A stretch of DNA of 64,000 bases from a virus, in IMG/VR virus record IMGVR_UViG_3300022221_000006, positions 10,180 to 74,179 of that record, one strand, 5' to 3'. Numbering within the stretch: the stretch's first letter is position 1; each line of letters begins with the position of its first letter. This document shows positions 53,665-62,763 of this stretch, piece after piece. The notes beneath the pieces are model-generated. The model saw only the letters and a program-made list of their open reading frames with translations. It had not been told where the DNA came from and searched no databases. The position numbers were made by a program, and so were the translations under genes.

Positions 53665-53749
53665 TTCTCGGTCAATAATTAATAAAAACAGTTAGGATTA
53701 AGGGTATGGGGCACCCCTTTTAAGTGCCCCTAACATTAGGAGAAAAACT

Positions 53750-54139
53750 ATGGAGATTGAAATATCCCCAAAGCAAGCCACCCTGTTCATGAAACTTGGG
53801 TATTCTATAAAATGTTTCGTTGACGTACCTTCGGCGGAGGAAGGGCAGAGACTTCTGGAACATAAAACTAAAAGAAAAGGAGGTAAAAGGATTCCACCTG
53901 ATACTCTCATCATGTATTCATCTGATGGTGAAATTCCTACTGTGGGAATGATGGCGGAAATCTGGAAAAAGATTGAAAAGAAACTCTGGAAGAATGATGT
54001 CACAAAAGCATACACCAGAAAAGCTTTCGACACTGCATGGATGAAGGAAGTTATGGCCTTAGGCTATAAATTCGACCCTTCCACATTTTCCTATCTTCTG
54101 AACCGAAAGCGTTGTATTCGGATTGCTGAAGAGCGTTAG
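53750..54139 (+). CDS. Hypothetical basic protein
   Basis: AGGAG SD; followed by a hairpin at 54149-54175. Confidence 0.65.
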   Translation: MEIEISPKQATLFMKLGYSIKCFVDVPSAEEGQRLLEHKTKRKGGKRIPPDTLIMYSSDGEIPTVGMMAEIWKKIEKKLWKNDVTKAYTRKAFDTAWMKEVMALGYKFDPSTFSYLLNRKRCIRIAEER

Positions 54140-54190
54140 AAAAACCAAAAGGGCGGCTTAAGGAGGTCGCCCTTCTATCGAGAAAATAAA

Positions 54191-54625
54191 ATGATCAATA
54201 GTATAGATGATTATCAGTCACGTATCCGGCAGTTAGGGATGGTTGACTATGAGCCAGAATTAGCGGCTCTCAAGGAAGAACTTGTGACAAAGGCGTGTCA
54301 GGAAATGGGCTATTTTGACCAGATGAACAATACAGTGCAATATACATTGTCAGGTATAGCCATACATTACTGGGGCGAGTTCAGAGAGGAAGCATACGAC
54401 AAGCTTCTTTCGTCTGTATACACTGTCCCTTCACACGATCTCGTGTTTGCATGTTCAATTTGTATTGAAAAAGAAATAGGTGAAGTTCTCCTACAAAACT
54501 ACTATTCGGTCTCTTTCGACTTAGCACCTGATGACATAGCGACACTTGAAAGTCTCGGCAAGATCCATCGCGAAGTAGAGACACAACGAATTGAAAGAAC
54601 AGGCATTATCTGTTCACTATATTAA
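54191..54625 (+). CDS. Hypothetical protein
   Basis: Packed + strand ORF. Confidence 0.6.
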   Translation: MINSIDDYQSRIRQLGMVDYEPELAALKEELVTKACQEMGYFDQMNNTVQYTLSGIAIHYWGEFREEAYDKLLSSVYTVPSHDLVFACSICIEKEIGEVLLQNYYSVSFDLAPDDIATLESLGKIHREVETQRIERTGIICSLY

Positions 54626-54628
54626 CCA

Positions 54629-55951
54629 ATGGATATTACAATGATCACGAGTTACGAAGTATATCAGTTTTTAGAAATAATTAGCGGATCGGACTCAAAG
54701 AAAGTAAAAATAGCTTTCTTAGAAGAGTTCTTAGACAATTCTCTGTTCAAGATGGTCTGTCAATACGCCTATCAACCAGGTCGTACGTATGGTGTCTTGA
54801 GGGTCCCTCCTTGTCCTCCCGGTTCCCAACGTTTCACTCCTGAGACTTTCTACCTCCTGGATGATTTAGCAAATAGAAAAATCACTGGTAACGCAGCTTT
54901 GGAAGCAATTTCTGAAGAGTTAACCGGCATGGATGAGTTCTCTCAGATGCTATTTGAGCGAATTTTAAAGAAAGATCTACGGGCAGGTATCACCGCAAAG
55001 TCTATCAACAAGGCCTGGCCTGGAACAATTGACACATTCGATTACATGCGGTGCAGTACATTAAAGGAACGCCCATTGTCGACAATTGAATGGGAAGAGG
55101 GAGTATACAGCCAGGAAAAGCTGGATGGAATGTTCTTAAATTTAAATGTAAAGCCTTCAGGTGTCTCCGCTCACACACGTGTCGGAACTCCTTTCCCTGT
55201 TCAGTATTTCAAGGTAGGCTCAGTACCTGCTTCTCGGTCCCGCCTTAATGTCCAGTTACACGGTGAGGTGTTGGTCTATAAGGATGAAAAATTACTTGAG
55301 CGCCGGACTGGAAACGGTCTATTGAACAGTCTCTTACAAGGTAATACTATTCCTTACGACTACAATCTTGTCTTCAAGGCCTGGGATATGATAGAGTTAG
55401 GCAGCGAGATTGGAGGTTTTGGACCCAGACCCTACAAGGAGAGATTTGAGATGCTGACGATGTTGCTGAATAACTTTCCAGGAAACGTCAAAGTAATTGA
55501 CACACGAGTCGTTTTCAAAAGAGTAGATGCCGAACAACACTTTGAGGAAGTTATTACGAGAGGTGGTGAGGGCACTGTTCTGAAAATAGCCTCAGGTTTT
55601 TGGAAAAATGGAACATCCCGTGATCAGATTAAGCTGAAGAGTGAAAGGGAATGCGAGCTGAAGGTCGTAAAACTTTTAGAAGGAAAAGGGAAATATGAAC
55701 ATTCACTAGGCTCCATTCTGGCTGCATCCTGTGACGGTCAGCTAGAGGTGAAAGTGTCAGGGTTTACGGATAAAGACCGAGACTATATTTGGAATAATGG
55801 AGTACCTTCTCAAATCATGACGGTTCGGTTCAATGAAGTCATAACCAATAAACAAGATCCTCAGAAACTCTCTCTATTCCTACCACGGTTTGTAGAGTTC
55901 CGAAGTGACAAGGTTAGGGCTGACACTGCAGAGTATATAGTATCACTATGA
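54629..55951 (+). CDS. ATP-dependent DNA ligase
   Basis: QEKLDG motif I, LHGEV, AWD, EGTVLK, IKLK, SLFLPRFVEFRSDK. Confidence 0.95.
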   Translation: MDITMITSYEVYQFLEIISGSDSKKVKIAFLEEFLDNSLFKMVCQYAYQPGRTYGVLRVPPCPPGSQRFTPETFYLLDDLANRKITGNAALEAISEELTGMDEFSQMLFERILKKDLRAGITAKSINKAWPGTIDTFDYMRCSTLKERPLSTIEWEEGVYSQEKLDGMFLNLNVKPSGVSAHTRVGTPFPVQYFKVGSVPASRSRLNVQLHGEVLVYKDEKLLERRTGNGLLNSLLQGNTIPYDYNLVFKAWDMIELGSEIGGFGPRPYKERFEMLTMLLNNFPGNVKVIDTRVVFKRVDAEQHFEEVITRGGEGTVLKIASGFWKNGTSRDQIKLKSERECELKVVKLLEGKGKYEHSLGSILAASCDGQLEVKVSGFTDKDRDYIWNNGVPSQIMTVRFNEVITNKQDPQKLSLFLPRFVEFRSDKVRADTAEYIVSL

Positions 55952-56199
55952 ATAAAATGAACCCCCGACACCGTATGATTTTACATCTCATGAGTGCTTG
56001 TGCACTGAGTGGGGAACTTGATGGAGAGAAGGAACCTCCCATCTTCAAAAGTATCCGAGCCTTCTTGAACAAAGGGGATTTATCGGAGCTGATGAGACTA
56101 GAGGCTAGGAAACCTGTAGGTCAGGTCATAAAGAAAGAACCTGTTGCGATATCTATACCGAAACCAAAATCAGCACTTAATATCAAAATAGGAGACTAA
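55948..56199 (+). CDS. Hypothetical protein
   Basis: ATGA overlap. Confidence 0.55.
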   Translation: MNKMNPRHRMILHLMSACALSGELDGEKEPPIFKSIRAFLNKGDLSELMRLEARKPVGQVIKKEPVAISIPKPKSALNIKIGD

Positions 56200-56200
56200 A

Positions 56201-57157
56201 ATGCAGTGTTCAAACTGCCGCCCTTTGCCTCGTTCAGGGCGTAAGCTGAAGAAAATAAGAGAAATTCTTAGAACCAAGATTGATGAGTGGCTTAGAACAA
56301 TCACTGACGAACGCGTCAGGGATCTTGCCTTCCGTCATGCAATCGTCTCAGGAGGGAGTATCGCGTCTATGCTTTCAGGAGAGAAAGTGAATGACTACGA
56401 CATCTACTTCCAGACCAAAGAAACCGCGTTAGCTGTGGCTGAATATTATGTAAATATATTCAATAAGAACACTGGCTACGAAGACGGTGACTCGGATACA
56501 TACATGCCTACCGTTGTTGAAGATTCGATCCAGAATATCAAAGGAGAGGTTGAGGAACGTGTCACAATTTATATGAGGTCCGAAGGCGTCGCTGCTGAAT
56601 CTGAGACAGTCGCGCGAGGCTTGTCGTTTGATGACGATGACGATGCTGAAGAGGATCTGAAGGCTGTAGAAGGTCTGGTCAATGAGGAGGACTATCGGCC
56701 TGTATTTCTATCCCGTAATGCTATAACACTTACAAATCGTGTGCAAATCATTATTCGGTTCTTTGGTGCTCCGGAGGAGATTCATAAGAACTTTGATTTT
56801 GCTCACACACTCTGCTGGTGGAGAGCCAGAGACGGTAAACTACATATTGAGCAGGAAGCTCTTCAGTGTATGATGTCAAGAGTATTACTCTATAGAGGTT
56901 CTTTATATCCTCTTGCAAGTATTTTCAGAGTACGTAAATTCCTACGGAGGGGATGGCGCATTACTGCAGGTCAGTTATTGAAGATCATGTGGCAAATCTC
57001 TGAGGTCGATCTGAGTGACAGGACTATTCTTGAAGAACAACTTATCGGTGTCGATGCTGCTTATATGCACCAACTCATCCATGCGCTGCGAGCAAATGAG
57101 AGCGACACTATCGATAGTAACTACGCAGCAACTTTAATTGACAGGATTTTTGAATAA
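56201..57157 (+). CDS. Pol-beta-superfamily nucleotidyltransferase-like protein
   Basis: IVSGGSIASML....NDYDIYF, IQ/II...NFDF.H, R..KF..RGW. Confidence 0.75.
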   Translation: MQCSNCRPLPRSGRKLKKIREILRTKIDEWLRTITDERVRDLAFRHAIVSGGSIASMLSGEKVNDYDIYFQTKETALAVAEYYVNIFNKNTGYEDGDSDTYMPTVVEDSIQNIKGEVEERVTIYMRSEGVAAESETVARGLSFDDDDDAEEDLKAVEGLVNEEDYRPVFLSRNAITLTNRVQIIIRFFGAPEEIHKNFDFAHTLCWWRARDGKLHIEQEALQCMMSRVLLYRGSLYPLASIFRVRKFLRRGWRITAGQLLKIMWQISEVDLSDRTILEEQLIGVDAAYMHQLIHALRANESDTIDSNYAATLIDRIFE

Positions 57158-57777
57158 TGCCAGATAGAAGAAGTAATACCCAATTTGTCCGCGATATGAT
57201 CTTCATGTATGAAGACAAGACGCTCCCTCTGTATCCTGTCTCACATTCATTTGTGATAGAGAGTATGGATCATTATTCCAAGATCATACTCTTCCAGGAC
57301 TATGAAAAGCTGTTAAAGGAGGAAAATCCAAATGCATTCTTTTCAGCCGCAAACTGGTATAAAATAGCGGAGGATATTCAGGAGACTTTACAAAAGGATT
57401 TGTCAGTAAAGAGTCAGTGTCTTAACAAGAGAGCGAATCTCTCAAAATTTATATTCAACCTAATGCAATTTAACTCACCGCTCCATCAGTCTTTTGTGAT
57501 TGAATCGTTGCGGCGCTACTCCGAGTTTGTATTAGAAGGTGATAAAGATATCAACTATGATACCTTTGTCTGCTGTAACCCAAGATATATCTGGGCACAA
57601 ACAGCCAAATACGTCTTAGAGGAGTTGCAGAAGAAGTATGATGTAGCTCCTACAAAGAAGGAGGAAGAAACGAATAAGGAGGTTCCGACTTCGGATAGTC
57701 CGAATGTCAAACAGGAGGTCGCCGGAAAGGCACCTCTCGCATCGTCAGGCCCCGTCTCTGCTCCCGTTTCGGAGTAG
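57157..57777 (+). CDS. Hypothetical protein with tandem-duplicated domain
   Basis: SFVIES..YS...W...A.....LQK occurs twice. Confidence 0.65.
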   Translation: MPDRRSNTQFVRDMIFMYEDKTLPLYPVSHSFVIESMDHYSKIILFQDYEKLLKEENPNAFFSAANWYKIAEDIQETLQKDLSVKSQCLNKRANLSKFIFNLMQFNSPLHQSFVIESLRRYSEFVLEGDKDINYDTFVCCNPRYIWAQTAKYVLEELQKKYDVAPTKKEEETNKEVPTSDSPNVKQEVAGKAPLASSGPVSAPVSE

Positions 57778-57854
57778 CGGTCCAGAGGTCTGGCTAAAAC
57801 AGTCGTATTGAGGGTGGCCACCTAGGCACCCCATGAAGCCATTTGTCGCGGGTT

Positions 57855-57871
57855 ACCCCGTTAAATTAACC
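57855..57871 (+). promoter_or_regulatory. Class II repeated motif (ACCCCGTTAAATTAACC)
   Basis: Identical to 10447-10463. Confidence 0.7.
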
Positions 57872-57976
57872 TATGTCTCACGTAGAGAATAGCGTCTTAG
57901 ACCCATTCTAAGGCATCTAGGGAGTACAATATCGTGCTCCCTTTTGTTAATTTATTATCTCGAGGATAAGCAACAA

Positions 57977-58621
57977 ATGACTGAATATACACAGGTTTTT
58001 CGAACAGAAGACGGCAAAATTTTTGATTCAAAGGCAGAACTGAATGATTACATTCGTCGGCCAAAGATTAAGGAAGCTCTCACTCTTCTGACGGACGGCC
58101 ATGACAAATTAAGTGATTGGCTGATCGAAAACCAGGAAGCTGTTCAGAATGCTTTTGACACAGGTACTATTCGCCGTGTCACAAAGTCCGAACGGAAGAA
58201 ATTACGAAAGGCTTTGGATGCCATCGTGGAAGCCGGTAACAAGGAGTTCGATTTCATTATTACAAACGCTGATGCCATGTATGATGGTTTTCGCTGGCCT
58301 ACAGTTAAGCGTATGACGGATGAAGAAAAAGAGATTGCTGCCAAGGAAGCGATTCTAGAAATCGAAGGTAGCAGTGAAGATCTCGCTGACTGGGCTATTG
58401 ACAACAGGGAAGCTGTCCTGAAATGCTTTGAAGCCGGTAAACAAAAGCGTAAAGTATCACCAAAGGCCACTGAGGCCCTTGCTGAATGGCGTGCTGCTCA
58501 AAAGGCTGCTAAAGAAGCTGCTGCTGAAGCTGATTCCGGCGTGGCTGATGCTGCTGGAACTGCTGTGGCAGAAGAAGCTGTAGCTGAAGAAGCTGTGGCC
58601 GAAGAGCCTGCCGCTGAATAA
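57977..58621 (+). CDS. Hypothetical protein, likely highly expressed, Ala/Glu-rich tail
   Basis: GAGG SD; class II motif upstream; GCT-rich codons; AVAEE x3. Confidence 0.75.
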   Translation: MTEYTQVFRTEDGKIFDSKAELNDYIRRPKIKEALTLLTDGHDKLSDWLIENQEAVQNAFDTGTIRRVTKSERKKLRKALDAIVEAGNKEFDFIITNADAMYDGFRWPTVKRMTDEEKEIAAKEAILEIEGSSEDLADWAIDNREAVLKCFEAGKQKRKVSPKATEALAEWRAAQKAAKEAAAEADSGVADAAGTAVAEEAVAEEAVAEEPAAE

Positions 58622-58651
58622 GAAGAAAGGAATCTTCTTTGTTTGACCAAG

Positions 58652-58676
58652 AAGAGCCCTTTCGAGGGCTCTTTTT
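58652..58676 (+). terminator. Intrinsic terminator
   Basis: AAGAGCCCT-TTCG-AGGGCTCTT followed by TTT. Confidence 0.85.
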
Positions 58677-58744
58677 ATACAACAACACCCCAGTTGTTGG
58701 AAACGGTTTTCTAACTGGCTTCCGTAAAAAGCCAGTCTTATTAT

Positions 58745-58776
58745 ATCCCGTAGATTAACGTCTACGGGATTTTTTT
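58745..58776 (+). terminator. Intrinsic terminator
   Basis: ATCCCGTAGA-TTAACG-TCTACGGGAT followed by TTTTTT. Confidence 0.8.
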
Positions 58777-58794
58777 CGTATGGGAGAGTACTAA

Positions 58795-59052
58795 ATGATA
58801 ACAATTAATATCGATAAACGATATATTTATTGTAAGATAAAGGACCCGCACGAGGCCTATTACTTACTATTACGTGTTTGGTTTTCCTGGAAGCTTTTGA
58901 CCAAGTTTGCATTTCCAATCCGAGCGCACTTTACAGCGAAGGCTCTCCAAGGGAAAGCTCCAGGTGATGTATCTCTATTCAGTCTGCGAGGTGGCGGTCA
59001 GAAGGTAGTAGCCATCACGACTATAGAGGGGTGGCATCTTGAACGCGCTTGA
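58795..59052 (+). CDS. Hypothetical protein
   Basis: GGAG SD. Confidence 0.55.
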   Translation: MITINIDKRYIYCKIKDPHEAYYLLLRVWFSWKLLTKFAFPIRAHFTAKALQGKAPGDVSLFSLRGGGQKVVAITTIEGWHLERA

Positions 59053-59377
59053 CATCTTAACAGAACTAGGGAAACCTGAGAATATTACACTTCTAGAAGC
59101 TGCAACTAAGGAGTGGGGTGTTGAATCCCAAGAGGACATGTGTATTGAAGAAGCTGCAGAGCTAATTGTTGCCATATGTCATAAAAGAAGAGAACGTACC
59201 GCTGCCCTAGATATTCTTGAAGAATGTGTAGATAGTATGCTAACTGCTTTCCAGCAAGTACTAGTTCTTGAACAACGTTATGGGATGCATATATACGACG
59301 AATATAGCCGCCTTCTAAATAAGAAACTGGAAAGATTAGAAAGGCGTGTACGCGAGGGGCACCTGAATGGGAACTGA
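59039..59377 (+). CDS. MazG-like nucleoside triphosphate pyrophosphohydrolase
   Basis: WG...Q.....EEAAEL..AI......EE..D motif. Confidence 0.75.
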   Translation: MNALDILTELGKPENITLLEAATKEWGVESQEDMCIEEAAELIVAICHKRRERTAALDILEECVDSMLTAFQQVLVLEQRYGMHIYDEYSRLLNKKLERLERRVREGHLNGN

Positions 59378-59957
59378 GCTTAAATACGTCGATGAGTATC
59401 AATATCTCAAACCGATGCCTGATAGACCTCGTATGAGACCTTGCTTTGACAAGCGTCTACGGTTCTCGCAGGAGATTCATTGTCCAGGATGTGATTATGA
59501 TTGTCCTTCAAAAATCAGCATCAAACCTATAATAACTGACGAAATGAAATTAATGAAAATCTCGACACCTATTGATGTTGAGATTGAATGGGAAGAGGCC
59601 TTCGGTCTCATGATGGACCTATTAGAAAATGCAAACTATCAAGCTCGTAAAAGAGGCTGTGCAGGCCTTGCGGCTAATCAAATTGGACATCTACGAAGGA
59701 TTGTTGTAGTGTACTATGGAGGGCTTTTTAAACCTTTTATTAATCCTGTCATTATTGAATCTTTTGGAGGAAAAGATCGACAGAAAGAGGGTTGTCTATC
59801 AAGACCTGGGAGACGACCTGCAGTATCACGTAGTAAGAAAATAAGGGTTAGTTTTTATGATGAGGCTCAAATATATCATGAAAATGTACTCTTTACAGGT
59901 CATACTGCGCGTGTCTTGCAGCATGAGATAGCGCATTTAGATGGTAAATACATATAG
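59367..59957 (+). CDS. def: Peptide deformylase
   Basis: GLAANQIG, EGCLS, QHEIAHLDG. Confidence 0.92.
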   Translation: MGTELKYVDEYQYLKPMPDRPRMRPCFDKRLRFSQEIHCPGCDYDCPSKISIKPIITDEMKLMKISTPIDVEIEWEEAFGLMMDLLENANYQARKRGCAGLAANQIGHLRRIVVVYYGGLFKPFINPVIIESFGGKDRQKEGCLSRPGRRPAVSRSKKIRVSFYDEAQIYHENVLFTGHTARVLQHEIAHLDGKYI

Positions 59958-59966
59958 GGCTAAACT

Positions 59967-60119
59967 ATGAGTAAAACAAATCTATGGGAGAGAGTTACAA
60001 AGGAGTGGAATTTGTTCGTGAGAGGTAATGCAACCCTTGAGAGTGTCTTTGGGATACTCGTGGGTCTCTTTCTTATCACGGCAATTATCGCCTTTCAATG
60101 TCTATTTGGAGGGAACTGA
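59967..60119 (+). CDS. Small membrane protein (50 aa, below cutoff)
   Basis: C-terminal TM segment; stop overlaps the next ATG. Confidence 0.5.
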   Translation: MSKTNLWERVTKEWNLFVRGNATLESVFGILVGLFLITAIIAFQCLFGGN

Positions 60120-60310
60120 TGGTAAATCCTAGGGCAATAAAAATAGGAACACCTTCAAAGGAAGTAGTGTCGGATGCTCTGTTCAAACGTCTAATGGCCC
60201 TTTTATGGCCGGGAAGCGTTTCACAGGTGGATAGACCCACAGCAAAAGACACATTAGAAAAAGAGTTCGTTAAAGACAAGAAATGGATTCTTGACTATTT
60301 TCGAAACTAA
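60119..60310 (+). CDS. Hypothetical protein
   Basis: GGAGG SD before ATG 60119. Confidence 0.55.
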   Translation: MVNPRAIKIGTPSKEVVSDALFKRLMALLWPGSVSQVDRPTAKDTLEKEFVKDKKWILDYFRN

Positions 60311-60339
60311 TCTGTAATACAATAACTGGGGCATTAAAA

Positions 60340-60516
60340 ATGTTACAAGACCAAAAGAACTTCGAAGCGATATACAGCGATCGAAATGATGAAAATCCAA
60401 TAGATGTACATGCATTCTGTAATGAGGTGGAATTGTATGATATACCGGAGGTTTCCTCATCGCATTCAGAGTTTGAAGCTTTGAATGAACTATTGCCACG
60501 AAGGAGTGTGACATGA
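60340..60516 (+). CDS. Small acidic hypothetical protein (58 aa, below cutoff)
   Basis: Fills the gap; ATGA overlap with the next gene. Confidence 0.45.
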   Translation: MLQDQKNFEAIYSDRNDENPIDVHAFCNEVELYDIPEVSSSHSEFEALNELLPRRSVT

Positions 60517-60725
60517 TGGAAATAATCTACATAGCCATAGGCATTACAGCCATTCTTGTTTGTATCAAGACAATACAAGTGTTGCTTCTGAAGCCATATC
60601 GAACTCTCACAAAAGAAAAATTAGTAAAGGAAGTGAAGAGTATTTTGCAAGAGGATAATTCTTGCGAAGCTATCGTTGATAAACTGGAGAGGAAGGTAGC
60701 AACCTGGACGTTGGGGTGTGAATGA
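60513..60725 (+). CDS. Small membrane-anchored protein
   Basis: AGGAG SD; N-terminal TM. Confidence 0.6.
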   Translation: MMEIIYIAIGITAILVCIKTIQVLLLKPYRTLTKEKLVKEVKSILQEDNSCEAIVDKLERKVATWTLGCE

Positions 60726-61207
60726 GCACTTTCAAAACACCCGGATATCGATTCAAAATAGGGTATAATACCTATATTGTAGCCGATATCAGTTACTTTG
60801 TTGAGGCACTTAGCTTGACAGATATGATACATGATCAAAGGCACCTCTTGAAACATTCTGTGTTTGATAAAGAACCGACTCCCTTAGAAAAGGAATCAAA
60901 AGTACTAGTAGTCAATGTACAAAACGGGGCTCTTTCTTTTCAAATACCTAGCGTCAGTATCGAGTGGACAAGCCTAGCATCACCCTGGAAACCGTCTACA
61001 TTAAATTTCCAGGGCACATATAGAGGATCTCTTTTTGAAATACCAGACACCTATTTGGAGGGTATTTCAGGAGGTATGTTTCATTCTATCAACAAAGGCT
61101 CTTTCTATTGGGACGGAAAGAATACGGAAATACTTAAGACAAGATTGGGATTCCTAATCGAGAGAATAATAGGGGCCTCGGTTGGCTGGTCCCTCCCTCC
61201 TCCTTGA
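60722..61207 (+). CDS. Hypothetical protein
   Basis: ATGA overlap. Confidence 0.55.
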   Translation: MSTFKTPGYRFKIGYNTYIVADISYFVEALSLTDMIHDQRHLLKHSVFDKEPTPLEKESKVLVVNVQNGALSFQIPSVSIEWTSLASPWKPSTLNFQGTYRGSLFEIPDTYLEGISGGMFHSINKGSFYWDGKNTEILKTRLGFLIERIIGASVGWSLPPP

Positions 61208-61225
61208 AAGAGCCAACCATCGATT

Positions 61226-61256
61226 GCCCCCTTTTGGATCCAAAGGGGGCTTTTTT
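61226..61256 (+). terminator. Intrinsic terminator
   Basis: GCCCCCTTT...AAAGGGGGC followed by TTTTTT. Confidence 0.8.
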
Positions 61257-61275
61257 ATTAACAAGAGGTATCTTT

Positions 61276-61461
61276 ATGCAACATCACAAAGCTAAGAAAA
61301 ACTGCCATAAGGTAGGATATAAATCAGCTGGTGAGGCTAGAGAAGCTTTAAACACGTTCGGCAGAGGGCGAGGGGCAGTTCGCTTCTATAAATGTCCCTA
61401 CCCTGCATGTAAAGATCGACCTTACCACCTTACAAGTGAAGCTTCCGAGAAGGCTTCGTAA
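61276..61461 (+). CDS. Small Zn-finger-like phage protein
   Basis: C.K..Y.....A......R.YKCP..C....YHLT; GAGGT SD. Start re-called from 61204. Confidence 0.65.
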   Translation: MQHHKAKKNCHKVGYKSAGEAREALNTFGRGRGAVRFYKCPYPACKDRPYHLTSEASEKAS

Positions 61462-61483
61462 TTATCAAGATATAGGAGGCCTT

Positions 61484-61819
61484 ATGGCTGAAAAGAAATT
61501 GGGAGCGTTTGCAAGCTCCCTACAAAGAAACAACAAACAAATCAGAAATGATCGTGCGGAGGCAATGACTGACTCGGCGCATATGATCATGCGTCGTAAA
61601 ATTGAAGACCTTCAAGTAGATATCAAGACCTTAAACAGAGACCGTGAAGCTCTGTTAGATTTGTCGCCTGAGAGTGCTACTAGTCTGATGCTTAAAAAGG
61701 ATTTTAATGCAGAGCTCTATGTCGAGAAGGAGATGGAGTATGGTATTCAAATTCGTCAAAAAGAGATTCTGCTGGACCTTATGCAGAAGCGCTATACATA
61801 TTTATTCGGAGAAGTATAA
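61484..61819 (+). CDS. Coiled-coil protein, first gene of vWA-PurA-like cluster
   Basis: AGGAGG SD; stop overlaps the vWA start. Confidence 0.7.
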   Translation: MAEKKLGAFASSLQRNNKQIRNDRAEAMTDSAHMIMRRKIEDLQVDIKTLNRDREALLDLSPESATSLMLKKDFNAELYVEKEMEYGIQIRQKEILLDLMQKRYTYLFGEV

Positions 61820-62718
61820 TGGGTGGTGGTACGTATTCAGTAGAAACAGCAACGACACGCAGAGCGGTATCTGATTATCATACAAAGAGTAATGATGAGA
61901 TTTTCCAGTCTAGAATGGTTGATCCTGGAATGGATCCTCGGGCATTCACCATGAGAGAGTCCAGAGATTCAGACGAGCATCCTGAATCTTTTGCAATTTG
62001 TATAGGGTTAGATGTCACAGGCTCAATGGGTTCTGTCCCCCAAGAGCTAGTGCGTGACGGTCTTCCTCGGTTGATGGGGCGTATACTTCAGAATGGAGAA
62101 CCAGACCCTCAGATTCTTTTCATGGGTATCGGAGATCACGAGTGTGATGAAGGTCCTCTTCAAATAGGTCAATTTGAGTCTGATGACGAGATGATTGACA
62201 AGTGGTTACTAGCGACGTGGCTTGAGGGTGGCGGTGGCGGTAACATGGGAGAGAGCTATCTCCTAGCCTGGTATGCAGCCCTTCGTACTCAAATAGACTG
62301 CCTCGAAAAGAGAGGCCGTAAGGGTCTTCTGTTCACCATCGGGGATGAACCTTGTCTGCCGAGCATTCATAACCGAAGACTTGGGGCAATAGTAGGTGAT
62401 CCTCAGCTTGCAAAATCTGATGGGTTTATCAACGCGAATGAGTTGCTATATCAAGCACGTGAGGTGTATGATATCTACCACATTCATGTACTGTCTACTC
62501 GAGCGGGACAAAGATTTCATAGAGATCCTGGATGGTTAGAAGCAATGGGTGATAATCTCCTAACAGCACGTAATGCATCTGATGTCATTGATGTTATCGC
62601 CGAAGTTTGTGTTCAAAATCGTGAGAAATGGATAGCTCAGAAAGATGTTGGGGTGGAATCTCAACAAACTGAAGAAACGCCGGAGATCAAGGAGGAAGAC
62701 ACTCCGATGTTTCTATAA
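61819..62718 (+). CDS. von Willebrand factor A (vWA) domain protein
   Basis: MIDAS LDVTGSMG, GIGD, QIGQFES, EGGGGGN..ESY, TIGDE. Confidence 0.85.
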   Translation: MGGGTYSVETATTRRAVSDYHTKSNDEIFQSRMVDPGMDPRAFTMRESRDSDEHPESFAICIGLDVTGSMGSVPQELVRDGLPRLMGRILQNGEPDPQILFMGIGDHECDEGPLQIGQFESDDEMIDKWLLATWLEGGGGGNMGESYLLAWYAALRTQIDCLEKRGRKGLLFTIGDEPCLPSIHNRRLGAIVGDPQLAKSDGFINANELLYQAREVYDIYHIHVLSTRAGQRFHRDPGWLEAMGDNLLTARNASDVIDVIAEVCVQNREKWIAQKDVGVESQQTEETPEIKEEDTPMFL

Positions 62719-62723
62719 CCAAT

Positions 62724-62748
62724 GAGGGGTACCTTCGGGTACCCCTTT
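62724..62748 (+). other. UUCG hairpin between vWA and PurA-like genes
   Basis: AGGGGTACC-TTCG-GGTACCCCT followed by TT. Confidence 0.65.
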
Positions 62749-62763
62749 AAACGAGGTATTAAA

